61,626 nt of DNA from a virus (Duplodnaviria > Caudoviricetes). A program made the position numbers and the translations under genes. Below are positions 6,607 to 17,837 of the stretch, in pieces. Each line of letters opens with the position of its first letter. Positions within the stretch are counted from its first letter, which is position 1. The stretch spans positions 1 to 61,626 of IMG/VR virus record IMGVR_UViG_3300046167_000317. One strand, given 5' to 3'. The notes beneath the pieces were generated by a model, which searched no databases, was not told the origin of the DNA, and was given only the letters and a program-made list of their open reading frames with translations.

Positions 6607-7551
6607 ATGGCAAGAATTACCACATACGCATTAGATTCTAATATATCTTTAAATGATAAATTAGTGGGCACTGATGCTGACGACAATAGTATAACTAAGA
6701 ATTATTCTATAGACGCTCTCGGCGATGGTTTAATATCACTTAAGGATATTATAACTGGAACTGGCACATTAAACACAATACCTATGTTTACCCCAGACGG
6801 GCAAATTATAGGTGATTCCACTATAACCCAGGACGTAGGCGGTAATATTACAGTTGGAGTAAATTTAACTGTAGTAGATGATTTAACTGTGGAAGGTAAT
6901 ATTGATGTTGATAACAGCATAACTGTTGGCGGTGTTGGGAGTGTGTTTAATGGCACCGTAACTTTTAATGATAATATTACAATTAATGCAGACACCACAT
7001 TTGAGGGTGAGGCAAATTTTCAGAATATAGTTAAAGATGAAAATAGCCAGCCTGGTATACTTGGCCAGGTGCTTACATCAACAGGTAATGCAGTCTTATG
7101 GAAAAATCTTAATGCCATATCAGAAGTAAAAACCGCTACAGTTACAGTTACAGATGCTCAAATACGAACGCTAGGCACAGTACCGGTTGAAATAATACCT
7201 TCAACAACCGATGCTAGTATTCAAATAATAGGTTTAACCATCCAAAATATCGGAAACGGAGATCTTGGAGATTCATATGATTGGTCTGCGTCTGGTAACG
7301 GAGTTTTTTATGGCCAAGGATTTACATCAACACAACATAGAGTAGAAATAAATAATTCTCTTTTGCCAGAAGGAGGGGCTTCTTTAGCACCGGAAATATA
7401 TGTAGCTAGTATAACACCTGGAGGTATGAAATCTGGCGCTAGTATACAGCTTAGCACAACAACAGGAGTTAATCCTTCAATACCTATTGGTGAATCGCCT
7501 AGCGCAGAAATGATTGTCAATGTTACATATAGAATAATACCTACAACATAA
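6607..7551 (+). CDS. Virion fibre/appendage protein
   Basis: MARITTY...TKNYS N-terminal module; G/T/N/V-rich beta-repeat composition. Confidence 0.65.
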   Translation: MARITTYALDSNISLNDKLVGTDADDNSITKNYSIDALGDGLISLKDIITGTGTLNTIPMFTPDGQIIGDSTITQDVGGNITVGVNLTVVDDLTVEGNIDVDNSITVGGVGSVFNGTVTFNDNITINADTTFEGEANFQNIVKDENSQPGILGQVLTSTGNAVLWKNLNAISEVKTATVTVTDAQIRTLGTVPVEIIPSTTDASIQIIGLTIQNIGNGDLGDSYDWSASGNGVFYGQGFTSTQHRVEINNSLLPEGGASLAPEIYVASITPGGMKSGASIQLSTTTGVNPSIPIGESPSAEMIVNVTYRIIPTT

Positions 7552-7554
7552 TAC

Positions 7555-8274
7555 ATGGCAAGAATAAGTACATATGGTATAGACGCAAAGCCCGAGTTAA
7601 GTGACAAGGTTATTGGAACTGACACTGCTCCGGGTGCAGACTTAAGAACAAAGAATTATTCTTTAGGTGAAATAATTGATTTATTTAACCAGTCTAATGA
7701 GTTAGGTGTAGCGGATCAGTCCATATTCTTATTTCAAAATGATATATCATTAGGAAGAGAATCCGGCACAATTAGTTTTGCAGCAGGTGGAGGCGTTGGA
7801 ACTCTATTTAGTGATATAACACAGGTATTAATAAGTAAAACAGCTCCAGGTAATAAATCGGTCGCTCAATATCTACCTTTATTTATAGGTAAAGATATAA
7901 TATTAGCCGAAGCGGGAAACATTAACGAATTTGGAACGTATAAGGTGGCATCGATAACAACGGATGTCGCGGAACCTAACTTCTTTTTAGTAACATTAGA
8001 GAATTACGCTTCTAACGGAGTAATTTCACTTGATGGTTACTATATATTTAGTGAATTTGTAGATTCTAACTCCGCGGGCGACAAAAATTATGTACATAAT
8101 CAAGCTGTAGCATCTGCTACGTGGAACGTGCAACACAATTTAAACAAATTTCCATCATGCACTATGGTTTTGTCTACAGGACAGCAAGGATATGGAGATG
8201 TAACTTTTATAGACGAAAATAACTTAACAATAACATTTGCCGGCGCAGAGTCTGGTAAAGCATATATCAACTAA
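7555..8274 (+). CDS. Virion structural protein
   Basis: Paralogous MARISTY...TKNYS N-terminus; C-terminal DKNYVHNQ..ATWNVQHNLNKFP domain common in phage tails. Confidence 0.7.
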   Translation: MARISTYGIDAKPELSDKVIGTDTAPGADLRTKNYSLGEIIDLFNQSNELGVADQSIFLFQNDISLGRESGTISFAAGGGVGTLFSDITQVLISKTAPGNKSVAQYLPLFIGKDIILAEAGNINEFGTYKVASITTDVAEPNFFLVTLENYASNGVISLDGYYIFSEFVDSNSAGDKNYVHNQAVASATWNVQHNLNKFPSCTMVLSTGQQGYGDVTFIDENNLTITFAGAESGKAYIN

Positions 8275-8276
8275 CT

Positions 8277-9731
8277 ATGGCAATACCATTTTTAAATAAC
8301 ATTACTCTCAATAATAACGAGATACAAAATGTAAGACTTCAGAACGCAACTTCTCCACCACTAAACTTTGGCCCAGGTCAAATATATTTTGATAGCACTC
8401 AATCACCCGCTATTGTAGATACAGCTAAGTATTACGCAAACAGCACAGATACTTGGGTAAGTCTAAAAGAATACTCTTTTCCAGCAGTTGCTCAAGCTGA
8501 TGGTTATATAACTAGTACTATAACAGGTACTACAGCTAAGCCTATTGTAAAGTTTAATCTTAATGCTACAGGAACTGCAGATTCTACAACATATTTAAGA
8601 GGTGATAACCAATGGCAACCAATTAGTGCAATACCTGGTACTTATAAGTTTACTCTAAGTGATAACGCGCCTTCTCCAGGACCAGTAAGTGGAATTGTAG
8701 CAGAAAATGACACTGTTACAATAGCAGCGAACAGTGATTTAACTTCTAATTTAACAGGTCAAGCGTCTACATCTAAAACCCTTACTATAGGTTTAAAAGT
8801 AGACGGGGGTGTTGGTGTTTCTGATAACTATGTGGTTAATCAAGCAGTTGCTGTAGCTGACGCTGATGATAGTATACCTTTTAACCAAAATACTGATTAT
8901 GGCAATCCTTCTCTTGACACTGACATAGTTAAGAAAACAACATTTGGTACTATACCTGTTAACGCATTGGCTCTTGTAAAACAATATATAGATAATTCCG
9001 TTGCTGGCGGTTTAATATATCAAGGCGGATATAACGCTTCAACTGATACAACCTCGCCTGGTGGTTATGGATTACAAACCCCGCCAAACCCTAATATTAT
9101 AAAGAAAGGTTGGACTTATACAGTTACAGCTGATGGTACTTTTTTCACCACAGAGCAGTTAAGAGTAGGTGATGTTCTTATTGCGGAAGTAGATGCTCCG
9201 ACTGTTTTAGATGATTGGACAACTGTTCAAAACAATGTTGATTTAGCTAGTTTAACTCAAGTTGGTATTGGTAATGTTAATTCTTCAACTGGTCAAGAAG
9301 AACTGGGTATATCCGTGTCATATTCTTCAGGTACTGCGGCAGTTGGTTTAAATATTGATGGACTTTCAGCTGTAACTACTACTGAAGATGATTCTTCTGT
9401 TGCTATTCATGACAATGCTAACGGCGTAAACAAAAAAATAGAATTAGGAGATTTAGCGCCAGTGTTAAATAGCTTTATATCATTTTCAGGAACTATAGGT
9501 GATGGCTCTGCTACTTCTATAGATTTACAAGATTCTGGAGCTGTAGCGCCAAATATAAATCACGGTCTTGGAGAAGATTCAAGCTCTTTTATGATTCAAC
9601 TAGTTGATACATCTTCAGGCGAAACAGTTTACGCAGATGTTACAAGAGGTGCTAGTGGCTTAGTTACTATCGATTTCGCGAGTGCGCCAGCTGCAAATGG
9701 TATTAGAGTTCTAATACAAAAAATAGGATAA
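8277..9731 (+). CDS. Virion fibre/structural protein
   Basis: FLNNI N-terminus, TYLRGD motif, INHGLG C-terminal domain. Confidence 0.7.
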   Translation: MAIPFLNNITLNNNEIQNVRLQNATSPPLNFGPGQIYFDSTQSPAIVDTAKYYANSTDTWVSLKEYSFPAVAQADGYITSTITGTTAKPIVKFNLNATGTADSTTYLRGDNQWQPISAIPGTYKFTLSDNAPSPGPVSGIVAENDTVTIAANSDLTSNLTGQASTSKTLTIGLKVDGGVGVSDNYVVNQAVAVADADDSIPFNQNTDYGNPSLDTDIVKKTTFGTIPVNALALVKQYIDNSVAGGLIYQGGYNASTDTTSPGGYGLQTPPNPNIIKKGWTYTVTADGTFFTTEQLRVGDVLIAEVDAPTVLDDWTTVQNNVDLASLTQVGIGNVNSSTGQEELGISVSYSSGTAAVGLNIDGLSAVTTTEDDSSVAIHDNANGVNKKIELGDLAPVLNSFISFSGTIGDGSATSIDLQDSGAVAPNINHGLGEDSSSFMIQLVDTSSGETVYADVTRGASGLVTIDFASAPAANGIRVLIQKIG

Positions 9732-9749
9732 TAAAATAAAATATAATTT

Positions 9750-12188
9750 ATGGCAAATCGTTTTTTAAATAACATAAAAATAAACGATTCGTATGAACTG
9801 CCCCCGGCAGATGGTACTGAAGATCAGATAATAACAACAGACGGAACAGGACAACTTAGCTTTGTAGACCAAAGTACAATAAATGCCGGTAACGCTGAAC
9901 ACGTCGTTATATATGCAAAAAATACTTCAGGTTCACAAATAAACAAAGGAACTCCTGTTTATATTACTGGTACTGTCGGTGCTACTGATACAGTACAAAT
10001 TGCACCAGCAGACGCGGGCAACGCATCTCATATGCCAGCAGTTGGACTTCTTGATGACACGTTGTTAAATAATGAGTTTGGATATGTTATTACTGGTGGT
10101 TTTATGGATAACGTAACAACTGATCCTATTGATGGTGCTCAACCTGCTTCAAATGATACGGTGTATGTAAAAGTAGGTGGTGGATTAACATTAGATAAAC
10201 CTACAGGTCCAACCGGGCTTATACAAAATATAGCTAAAGTTGGTAAAGTATCTGGTGGAAACTCTGGATCACTTATTGTTTCTTCTATCCTCAGAACAAA
10301 TGACGTACCTAACCTTACAACCGGTAAAATATGGGTTGGTAATAGTAATACGGTAGAATCTACTGTTGTTCACTTAGATGAGACTAATGGCCGTATGGGT
10401 ATAGGAACTGATTCTCCAAATGAGCTTCTTGAAATAAAAAGTACAACTATACCTAGCATAAGACTTAATAGTACAGATGCTAGTTTTCCTACTTTCGGCA
10501 AAATCGACGCATATAACAACACAACGTATAGAGGAGGAATAACTTGGGCATCAAACCCAGTTCAAAATGGAGCTAGAATAACTTATGTTGGTTTTCCTAG
10601 CGGCGTGCAAACAACAAGCACGTTTGAAGTTGGTTCTAATTTTGTAGATACTTCTATAAATAATGGCTCTATGGTTACAAGACTAAACACAACTGGTCTT
10701 GGCATCGGAACAACTAGCCCAAGCTATAAACTAGATGTTTCCGGAGATGCTTACATAGATGAAACTTTAAATATAGAAAGCACAATATCTGGAACTCTAC
10801 TCTACGGGTACTCTGGCGTAGGCGCTGGAAACTTAGTTGTTGGAGGGCTTAATTTTGCGTCATTTACACCTGGTGTAATAACACTGATAAACCAAGATAC
10901 CACCATAAGTGCTGGTCAAGATCTAGGTGTTTTACAATTCGGTGGTAAAGACGATCAAACAAATGCTTATGCTAACGGTCAAATAATATGCACTACAGCT
11001 GTAGGCGCGGGTAGTGGAAATACTGGAGGTGGTATATTTAGATTTTTACTTTCAGGTAATACTACTGGAAGTGGTCCAACTGAAAGAATGCGTATCACAA
11101 ACACTGGCAACGTCGGAATCGGAACAACTAGTCCAAATGAAAAACTAGAAGTAGCAGGCACAGTTAGAATAACAGGTAATGGTTTAGATGTTGGTTACAA
11201 TAATAACGGTACTAATTTTATTCAAGTTGGAAATGGAAGAACTACAAATGGCTATGCTTACATTGATCTAGTTGGTGATTCTACTTATACTGATTATGGT
11301 CTTAGAGTAATTAGAGGCAACGGTGGCGCTAATACTACTTCTGAAATAATTCATAGAGGAACAGGGATATTTAATATTAACGCTACGCAGGCGGCATCTA
11401 TGACTTTTAGAACGTCTAACATTGAAAGAATACGTATTACTTCTACAGGCGAAGTTGGTATTGGAACAACTAGTCCGTCTACAAAACTTCACGCTCTTGG
11501 AACTAGTATTTCAATGCCGGCTTTAGGAGAAGCTCCATCAGCTGCTCAATTTGGCGGTAGTTCTTATGGAACTTTGTTTAGCACTTTAACAACCGGAAGA
11601 GGTGTAATACAGCAAGGAAGGGTAGATGGGACAGCTACTTCTTATGATCTTTTATTACAACCAGTAGGTGGAAACGTTGGGATTGGAACGACTAGTGCAA
11701 ATGAAAAACTAGAAGTAAATGGTTCTGTAAAAGCAACGGCGTCAACTGACGCTTATAAAGGATATATCAAACAGACTATAGCTACTATTGCTAATGAAAA
11801 AGGTACTGCAACTGCTAATTATAACCTTATTCCATATAACACTCTTACTACAACGACTAGCAATCAATACTACAATAGAATGGCTGCTGCTTATGATGGT
11901 AGAATTAAAAAAGTATATATTGTAGATACCGGAGGTACTACACCAGATGCAACCGTAGTTAATCTTAAGAAGCAAGTAAATAACGTAACATCATCAACAG
12001 TATATAGTGCCACCGTGACGGGTTCAGGTTCGGGTATGTCGGCAGTTTATAACTTCGCAGATAATGATTTTACTTTTAACGCAGGAGATACTTTTGGTAT
12101 TTTATACCAAACAACAGATTCCGGTGGTGGTGCTAGAACAATGGGAGGTGTTGCTATAAACATAATTATTGAATATAATATAACTTAA
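9750..12188 (+). CDS. Tail fibre / receptor-binding protein
   Basis: Five [10 protein letters not shown]-like repeats and ERMRI motifs typical of trimeric phage fibres. Confidence 0.8.
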   Translation: MANRFLNNIKINDSYELPPADGTEDQIITTDGTGQLSFVDQSTINAGNAEHVVIYAKNTSGSQINKGTPVYITGTVGATDTVQIAPADAGNASHMPAVGLLDDTLLNNEFGYVITGGFMDNVTTDPIDGAQPASNDTVYVKVGGGLTLDKPTGPTGLIQNIAKVGKVSGGNSGSLIVSSILRTNDVPNLTTGKIWVGNSNTVESTVVHLDETNGRMGIGTDSPNELLEIKSTTIPSIRLNSTDASFPTFGKIDAYNNTTYRGGITWASNPVQNGARITYVGFPSGVQTTSTFEVGSNFVDTSINNGSMVTRLNTTGLGIGTTSPSYKLDVSGDAYIDETLNIESTISGTLLYGYSGVGAGNLVVGGLNFASFTPGVITLINQDTTISAGQDLGVLQFGGKDDQTNAYANGQIICTTAVGAGSGNTGGGIFRFLLSGNTTGSGPTERMRITNTGNVGIGTTSPNEKLEVAGTVRITGNGLDVGYNNNGTNFIQVGNGRTTNGYAYIDLVGDSTYTDYGLRVIRGNGGANTTSEIIHRGTGIFNINATQAASMTFRTSNIERIRITSTGEVGIGTTSPSTKLHALGTSISMPALGEAPSAAQFGGSSYGTLFSTLTTGRGVIQQGRVDGTATSYDLLLQPVGGNVGIGTTSANEKLEVNGSVKATASTDAYKGYIKQTIATIANEKGTATANYNLIPYNTLTTTTSNQYYNRMAAAYDGRIKKVYIVDTGGTTPDATVVNLKKQVNNVTSSTVYSATVTGSGSGMSAVYNFADNDFTFNAGDTFGILYQTTDSGGGARTMGGVAINIIIEYNIT

Positions 12189-12189
12189 T

Positions 12190-12705
12190 ATGGCTAATAT
12201 AAACGACAACATAAGAACAAAAAAGCTTTATAAAAGCGGAGATACTTCAAAAGCATATAAAGATTCTAATGGAGAAATAGTTGTACCCTCAAGTGTAGCG
12301 TCGGAGATAGCTGCGGTATCAGATATAACAGAACTTCTTAATGACCATGATAACTACTCAAAGTCAATATATCTTTTAAAAGAAATAGAAAATATTAGAT
12401 TAGACCTGGAAGAGCTGCATGCGTTTATTAAAACTGCTTTTGGTAAAGATTCAACAACAGCTGCATCAAAAGGTGAAACCGGTGCCACTGGACCACAAGG
12501 ACCTCAAGGGCCAAAAGGAGATACGGGTAGTACAGGACCGCAAGGACCTCAGGGGGCAACTGGTGTAGCTGGTCCAGCTGGATCTAATGGTAAAGATGGA
12601 AACAGTCATTTAAGTAACGTAGGTTCTATCCAATTTAACAGTAAAGCAAATCAACTAGAAATAACAATAGATAAAACAACTTATAGAATTAATACAGCAA
12701 AATAA
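12190..12705 (+). CDS. Collagen-like (Gly-X-Y) fibre protein
   Basis: [43 protein letters not shown]. Confidence 0.85.
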   Translation: MANINDNIRTKKLYKSGDTSKAYKDSNGEIVVPSSVASEIAAVSDITELLNDHDNYSKSIYLLKEIENIRLDLEELHAFIKTAFGKDSTTAASKGETGATGPQGPQGPKGDTGSTGPQGPQGATGVAGPAGSNGKDGNSHLSNVGSIQFNSKANQLEITIDKTTYRINTAK

Positions 12706-12710
12706 AAAAA

Positions 12711-13031
12711 ATGATAACATACGATTGGAATTGTAAAACAGTAGACGTACACCCTCAAGAAGAAGGTGAAAAAAATGTAGTATATAACGTACACTGGATT
12801 GTTACGGGAAATAAAGAAGATTATTCAGTTGATAATATTGGAACTCAAATAGTAACTTTAAATCCTGAAACACCTTTTGTGCCTTTTGAAGATTTAACCA
12901 ATGATATAATTGTTGGGTGGACGAAAGAAGCGATGGGTGAAGAACAAGTTAAAGCTATTGAAGACAGTATTGCTTCACAAATAGCTGAACTAGAAAACCC
13001 AACTTCTTTAACTATGACAATAGAAGAGTAA
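12711..13031 (+). CDS. Tail-fibre-associated protein/chaperone
   Basis: VVYNVHW...FVPFEDLT...GWTKEAMG pattern typical of genes following fibres. Confidence 0.6.
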   Translation: MITYDWNCKTVDVHPQEEGEKNVVYNVHWIVTGNKEDYSVDNIGTQIVTLNPETPFVPFEDLTNDIIVGWTKEAMGEEQVKAIEDSIASQIAELENPTSLTMTIEE

Positions 13032-13106
13032 ATATTAATATTTATACGTAATAATATAACCATACTGCAAAGGTATAAAACCAATAGTAATTTAAAACCA
13101 AAACCA

Positions 13107-13397
13107 ATGACACTATTTTACCAGACTGAATCGTGGAGTAGTCAACCACAACCAGGCAAAAGCCAAGTTAAACTATGGAAACACATAGCTGAAAAAGAAA
13201 ACTGGAGAATTGTCCAGCTTGTTAACGGCTTTTATCAAACAGAATACCAAGACATCAAAGATCCAGAAACATGGCATGATGTAACTAGGCGCGAAACTTT
13301 AGAAGGAGCCGAAACGGCTATCGATCAAACAGTAGCGCACTACTTAAAAAAAGTTGAATTTATAAACGGACCAAAAGTAGTAAAAACATTCAAGTAA
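13107..13397 (+). CDS. Hypothetical protein
   Basis: Preceded by ACGTAATAATAATA; heads the chaperonin operon. Confidence 0.7.
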   Translation: MTLFYQTESWSSQPQPGKSQVKLWKHIAEKENWRIVQLVNGFYQTEYQDIKDPETWHDVTRRETLEGAETAIDQTVAHYLKKVEFINGPKVVKTFK

Positions 13398-13418
13398 AAA
13401 TCAATCAAATTTAATTTA

Positions 13419-14972
13419 ATGGAATTTAATAATCCTAACGAAATCGTTAAAACCCTTACTTTTGGTAGTGAGGCAAATAGTCAAATTATATCAGGAGTAG
13501 AAAAATTAGCAAGCGCAGTAAAGAGCACTTTAGGTGCGTCTGGAAAATGCGTAATATACGAAGATGCTCTTGGAAGACCGGTAATAACAAAAGACGGTGT
13601 AACCGTTGCAGAAAGCGTAGTCTTATTACATCCGGTTGAAAACATAGGCGCTACCTTGATAAAAGAAGCGGCTAGAAATACAGTAAGAGAAGCAGGTGAC
13701 GGCACAACAACATCAACCGTGCTTGCTCATTCTCTATTAAAAATTGCAAACAAACATTTAGATGAAGAAAAAGTTAGAGAACTTAAAAGTGGCATTATTA
13801 GTGGTGCTGATAAAGTTAAGGTATATCTTGATAAAACCAGCACTGAAGTTAAAGGCGAAATGTTACGGAGCGTTGCTATCATTAGCTGCAATAACGATAT
13901 CGAGCTTGGAACCAAAATTGGCGAAGCTTACGAGCAAGTTGGAAAAAATGGAGTTGTACTAATGGAGGAGTCTGATACAAATGAAACTTATGTTGATTTT
14001 GTTGAAGGCGTCCAATTTGATAGTGGATTAAAATCCCCGCACTTAGTAACAGACAAAGACAAAGGTACGGCTGTTTTAGACGATCCTTATGTGCTTATTG
14101 TTTCTTCTCCTATTCCTAATATAAGAAAAATACAAAGTGTCTTAGAACACGTTATAAAAAGCAAAAGAAGTTTGCTTATAGTTGCAACTGTTGAGCAGCA
14201 GCCGTTCGCTACATTATTGTCAAATAAAGTTAAAGGTAATATAAAAGTAAATATAGTTGATGCCCCAGGCTTTGGGCCAACAAGGCAAGAAACTATAGAG
14301 GATCTGGCTTTACTTACAGGTGCTACAATTATAAACGAAGAGCTAGGGGATGATTTAGATTTAATTGATCCAAATGTATTAGGTTCTGCTATTAAATCTG
14401 TAACTGATGATAAATCAACTGTATTGCAAATATCTGATGAAATTGATATTACAGATCGAGTAGCTGATGTTAATAAGAAAATAGAAACAGAAACAAACCC
14501 GTTTTTTAGAAAGAAGTTAGAGCAGCGTTTGTCAATGCTAACAGGCAAAGTAGGTCTTGTTTATGTTGGAGCAGATTCAGCTGTAGAGTTAAAAGAAAAG
14601 AAAGATAGAGTTGAAGATGCGATCCATGCTACTAAAGCAGCTTATAAAGAAGGTATCGTAGCTGGAGGTGGAATTGCATTGCTTAATGCAGCAAATACTT
14701 TAAAGCCTAAGAATAAAGGAGAAGAGATATTATTTGAATCAATCAAAGCTCCTTATTACACAATACTAGACAACGCTGGGATTGTTGAAATCAAAAAGCC
14801 TTCGGTTAAAAACAGAGGTATTGACGTTAAAACCGGCAAAGAAGTTAATATGATTAAAGCAGGTATTATAGATCCTGTTTTAGTTACTAAGTCAGCTCTT
14901 AAAAACGCTGTAAGTGTAGTAACAACTATTATCTCTGCAGATTGTGTAATTAGTAATAAAAGATTAGCATAA
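13419..14972 (+). CDS. groEL: Phage chaperonin GroEL
   Basis: TKDGVTVA, AGDGTTT, EKKDRVEDA, GIVAGGG, GIIDP motifs; no GGM tail. Confidence 0.97.
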   Translation: MEFNNPNEIVKTLTFGSEANSQIISGVEKLASAVKSTLGASGKCVIYEDALGRPVITKDGVTVAESVVLLHPVENIGATLIKEAARNTVREAGDGTTTSTVLAHSLLKIANKHLDEEKVRELKSGIISGADKVKVYLDKTSTEVKGEMLRSVAIISCNNDIELGTKIGEAYEQVGKNGVVLMEESDTNETYVDFVEGVQFDSGLKSPHLVTDKDKGTAVLDDPYVLIVSSPIPNIRKIQSVLEHVIKSKRSLLIVATVEQQPFATLLSNKVKGNIKVNIVDAPGFGPTRQETIEDLALLTGATIINEELGDDLDLIDPNVLGSAIKSVTDDKSTVLQISDEIDITDRVADVNKKIETETNPFFRKKLEQRLSMLTGKVGLVYVGADSAVELKEKKDRVEDAIHATKAAYKEGIVAGGGIALLNAANTLKPKNKGEEILFESIKAPYYTILDNAGIVEIKKPSVKNRGIDVKTGKEVNMIKAGIIDPVLVTKSALKNAVSVVTTIISADCVISNKRLA

Positions 14973-15229
14973 TGAAAGCGATTAATTATTACATAGTTAT
15001 AGACAAGATAAAAGAAGCTCCTAAAAAAGTTGGGGGTATCGAATTAACCGAAAAGCAGGATAGCGACATTAGGTACTTAAAAGGTAAAGTTATAAGTGCT
15101 GGAGATAAAGTTACAGGAATCAAAGAAGGTGATATTATTAGATACGATAAACACGCGGGATTCGGTATAGAGTGGAAAGATAATTTTCATGTTGTTATAA
15201 CTGTTAAAGATGTTGTTATTGTTGAATGA
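14972..15229 (+). CDS. groES: Co-chaperonin GroES
   Basis: KKVGGIEL mobile loop, GKVISAG, IKEGDII; adjacent to groEL. Confidence 0.9.
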   Translation: MKAINYYIVIDKIKEAPKKVGGIELTEKQDSDIRYLKGKVISAGDKVTGIKEGDIIRYDKHAGFGIEWKDNFHVVITVKDVVIVE

Positions 15230-15666
15230 GACTAACAGGAAAAGATCTTAGGGAAATAAATTTATTTAAGTATTACAGGCTCGTCAGGCGATGGGCTTGT
15301 AAGACTTATGATCTTAAAGACGCTGATCTTGAGCTGCTCATATACCTAGATTGTAAAAAGTTGTTTACACGTAATGATTTTATTAATGGCGTATACACCT
15401 ACAGCTGGGATAAAAACCGGTGGGAAAGATTACGAAGAAATGGCTGGATCGATGTTTTTAAAGAACGTAATAGAACAACTTCTAAGTATGCTGTTTATAA
15501 AGTTTCTTCAAAGTCAAAAAGATTAATAAATAGAATATACAGAATACTGCTTGCGGAAGAGGATTTACCCACAGCCACAACAAGTGTTTTTTATAATAAT
15601 AAGTCATATACAGATAAAGTTTTTAATAAAGCAATTGATGATATGATTAACGACAAAGATAGATAA
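15226..15666 (+). CDS. Probable winged-helix DNA-binding protein
   Basis: YDLKDADLELLIYL...RLRRNGWIDV...YKVSSKSK resembles a MarR-type wHTH. Confidence 0.5.
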   Translation: MRLTGKDLREINLFKYYRLVRRWACKTYDLKDADLELLIYLDCKKLFTRNDFINGVYTYSWDKNRWERLRRNGWIDVFKERNRTTSKYAVYKVSSKSKRLINRIYRILLAEEDLPTATTSVFYNNKSYTDKVFNKAIDDMINDKDR

Positions 15667-16046
15667 TGGGATTTAGATTAAAAGACTTTTCAGACCTTGT
15701 TGGAATAGACAAAGAAACTTCTACTTATAATACACCTGTTTTTAAGAAAACATTAGAAGGTGGAATTTTAGGTGAAGCTAATAACGACGGCACTATTTTT
15801 ATAGACAAGTCATTAAAAGGTAAAAAGAAACAAGAGGCTGTAAATCACGAAAAAGTACATTTAGATCAAATGGCTCAGGGTAGATTGCAGTATGATGATA
15901 ACACTGTTACTTGGAAAAAAGATACTAAATCACCGGCTAGAGTTTACAAAAGAATAAACGGACAATTAATAGATGAAAAAACCGGCAAAGGTGCTGAAGA
16001 AGGAGGCGACTTTGAATGGGAAAGAGAAGCATATAAAAATTCATAA
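15666..16046 (+). CDS. Small zincin-like metallopeptidase
   Basis: GEANNDGTIFID, HEKVH (HExxH), WEREAY third-ligand motif. Confidence 0.75.
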   Translation: MGFRLKDFSDLVGIDKETSTYNTPVFKKTLEGGILGEANNDGTIFIDKSLKGKKKQEAVNHEKVHLDQMAQGRLQYDDNTVTWKKDTKSPARVYKRINGQLIDEKTGKGAEEGGDFEWEREAYKNS

Positions 16047-16048
16047 TT

Positions 16049-16315
16049 ATGACATATAAAGCAAAATCAATAACTAGTAAAGCGTCCAGCGCGTGCAAAA
16101 TGAATATGGGCTTAGTACAAGGAGCCGCAGATGTAGCTGCTTCAAAAAAGTTTGTAGACCAGGGAAAAGGAATGGCTGAAAAGTTTTCTGGAGGCCAAAG
16201 CACTCCCGCAGGTGGGAGCGACACTAGTAAAGACTCAGAAGAGAAACCTGAAGAAAAAAAAGGCCAAGCAGACGCAGCAATAACTATTGACGCAACAGAG
16301 ACCTCAAAAGTATAA
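16049..16315 (+). CDS. Small low-complexity protein (putative virion cargo)
   Basis: ORF track; SITSK/ACKM resemble motifs in neighbouring proteins. Confidence 0.6.
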   Translation: MTYKAKSITSKASSACKMNMGLVQGAADVAASKKFVDQGKGMAEKFSGGQSTPAGGSDTSKDSEEKPEEKKGQADAAITIDATETSKV

Positions 16316-16336
16316 AAAAAAACTAACTTAACTAAG

Positions 16337-17335
16337 ATGCAAAAACCAATAACTAGTAGAGTAAAAAGATCACCTCTTTTAAAGTACTCTCCAGCAAAAG
16401 AAACAGAAGACGGAAACGTTGAGGCTATAGGGTCTCAGACCACTGAAGGCGATGATATAACCACAACTGAAACAAAAGAAAAAGAACAGGTTGGTGGGTA
16501 CCGTCGAGCCTGCGGGAGTAAAACAGACGGCTCTACTGGAACCGACCCTAAAACAGGTAAAACTTTTAAATGCGCTCAAGCTCCAAAAGGCGAAGAGCCT
16601 AAGGAAACAGAAACTGTTACTACTACAGAAAAAGGTGAAGATAAAACGGTTGACGCTACGCTTTACAGGAAAGACTACCAAGATGTAAAAGAACCTTGGG
16701 AAGTACGTAGATCTAATAGAGCTGCTAAAATCGCAGGTAGAGCACAGAGACGAGCTCAAAACAAAGCAGATAAAGTTAAAAGACAATTAGCAAAGCTTGC
16801 TGAAAAAGGTGTAACTTCTGGTAGAAAATATGACAACTTAAAAGCTAAAGAGACTGAAACAACTCAGGAGTTAGAAAACATGAAGATGGGTTCCGCGAAT
16901 GTTGCTGAAAGCCGAAGATCTGGTAAGCTAGCTGGCGAGAGAGTTAGAAGAAGTAAAGATGTTGTTAAAACAATGGGCGATTACGAAAGCGATGATGCTG
17001 CTCAGGTTAGAATGCAGGCTAGACGCGCTGAAATTGCGGCACAATCAGGCATGACAACTAGCCAAGCTGCAAATGCCCCAATGCCAGGTCAAACCCCTTT
17101 TTCTGGAATGATGGAAACAGCTAAAGAATTAGGTGAGCTTGATTATAAAGCCGGTCAGTATTCTCAAGGCATAACTATGAAGCCTTCTGCTTTTAAAATG
17201 AAAGCTAAAAGTCCCGCTGTAAAAAAACTACAGGGTAACCAACATAAATTACCTCAGCATTTGCAAGACGCAATTAAAGCGGCCCCAGGCAAAATGAGAT
17301 CTGGATTTAAAATGAAAGGTTACGGTAAAAAATAA
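16337..17335 (+). CDS. Charged protein with SPxK/FKMK motifs (putative virion cargo)
   Basis: PITSR, SPLLK, SPAK, AFKMK, SPAVK, APGKM, GFKMK. Confidence 0.7.
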   Translation: MQKPITSRVKRSPLLKYSPAKETEDGNVEAIGSQTTEGDDITTTETKEKEQVGGYRRACGSKTDGSTGTDPKTGKTFKCAQAPKGEEPKETETVTTTEKGEDKTVDATLYRKDYQDVKEPWEVRRSNRAAKIAGRAQRRAQNKADKVKRQLAKLAEKGVTSGRKYDNLKAKETETTQELENMKMGSANVAESRRSGKLAGERVRRSKDVVKTMGDYESDDAAQVRMQARRAEIAAQSGMTTSQAANAPMPGQTPFSGMMETAKELGELDYKAGQYSQGITMKPSAFKMKAKSPAVKKLQGNQHKLPQHLQDAIKAAPGKMRSGFKMKGYGKK

Positions 17336-17340
17336 TAGCT

Positions 17341-17685
17341 ATGGCATATATACAAAATAACCCCTTTAAAAAAAATAACTGTGGTTGTGATTCGCCTTTA
17401 AAGAAAAAAGGCGATGCACCGTCTAGAAAAAAATCAAAAGGGTACTATAACGAAGCAAAACCTACCGGAACAGGAGCAGCTGCAGGTGGTGGTATGTCTG
17501 AAAAAGGGGTAAAGAAGTATAAAGCTGATAATCCTGGCAGCAAGCTTAAAACGGCTGTTACTAAGGATCCTTCTAAATTAAAAAAAGGCAGTAAAGCTTG
17601 GAAACGTAGAAAATCATTTTGTGCTAGATCAAAAAGCTGGACTTCAGAAAGAGGTAGAGCAGCTAGACGTAGATGGAACTGTTAA
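17341..17685 (+). CDS. Small basic protein (resembles DUF6321)
   Basis: PGSKLKTAVT...RRKSFCAR...ARRRWNC; leader NPFKK/SPLKK. Confidence 0.7.
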   Translation: MAYIQNNPFKKNNCGCDSPLKKKGDAPSRKKSKGYYNEAKPTGTGAAAGGGMSEKGVKKYKADNPGSKLKTAVTKDPSKLKKGSKAWKRRKSFCARSKSWTSERGRAARRRWNC

Positions 17686-17689
17686 TATT

Positions 17690-17833
17690 ATGGAATCAAA
17701 AGGACTAGGGGATTCAGTAGAAAAATTTACAAAAGCAACAGGCATTAAAAAATTAGCCGATAAAATCCCCGGCGGCTGTGGTTGCAAAAAAAGAAAAGAA
17801 AAATTAAACAAAATATTCCCATATAAAAAATAA
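17690..17833 (+). CDS. Small basic protein (KGLGD...CGC family)
   Basis: MESKGLGDSVEKFTKATGIK...GCGCKKRKEKLN; ATG at 17690. Confidence 0.7.
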   Translation: MESKGLGDSVEKFTKATGIKKLADKIPGGCGCKKRKEKLNKIFPYKK

Positions 17834-17837
17834 AACA

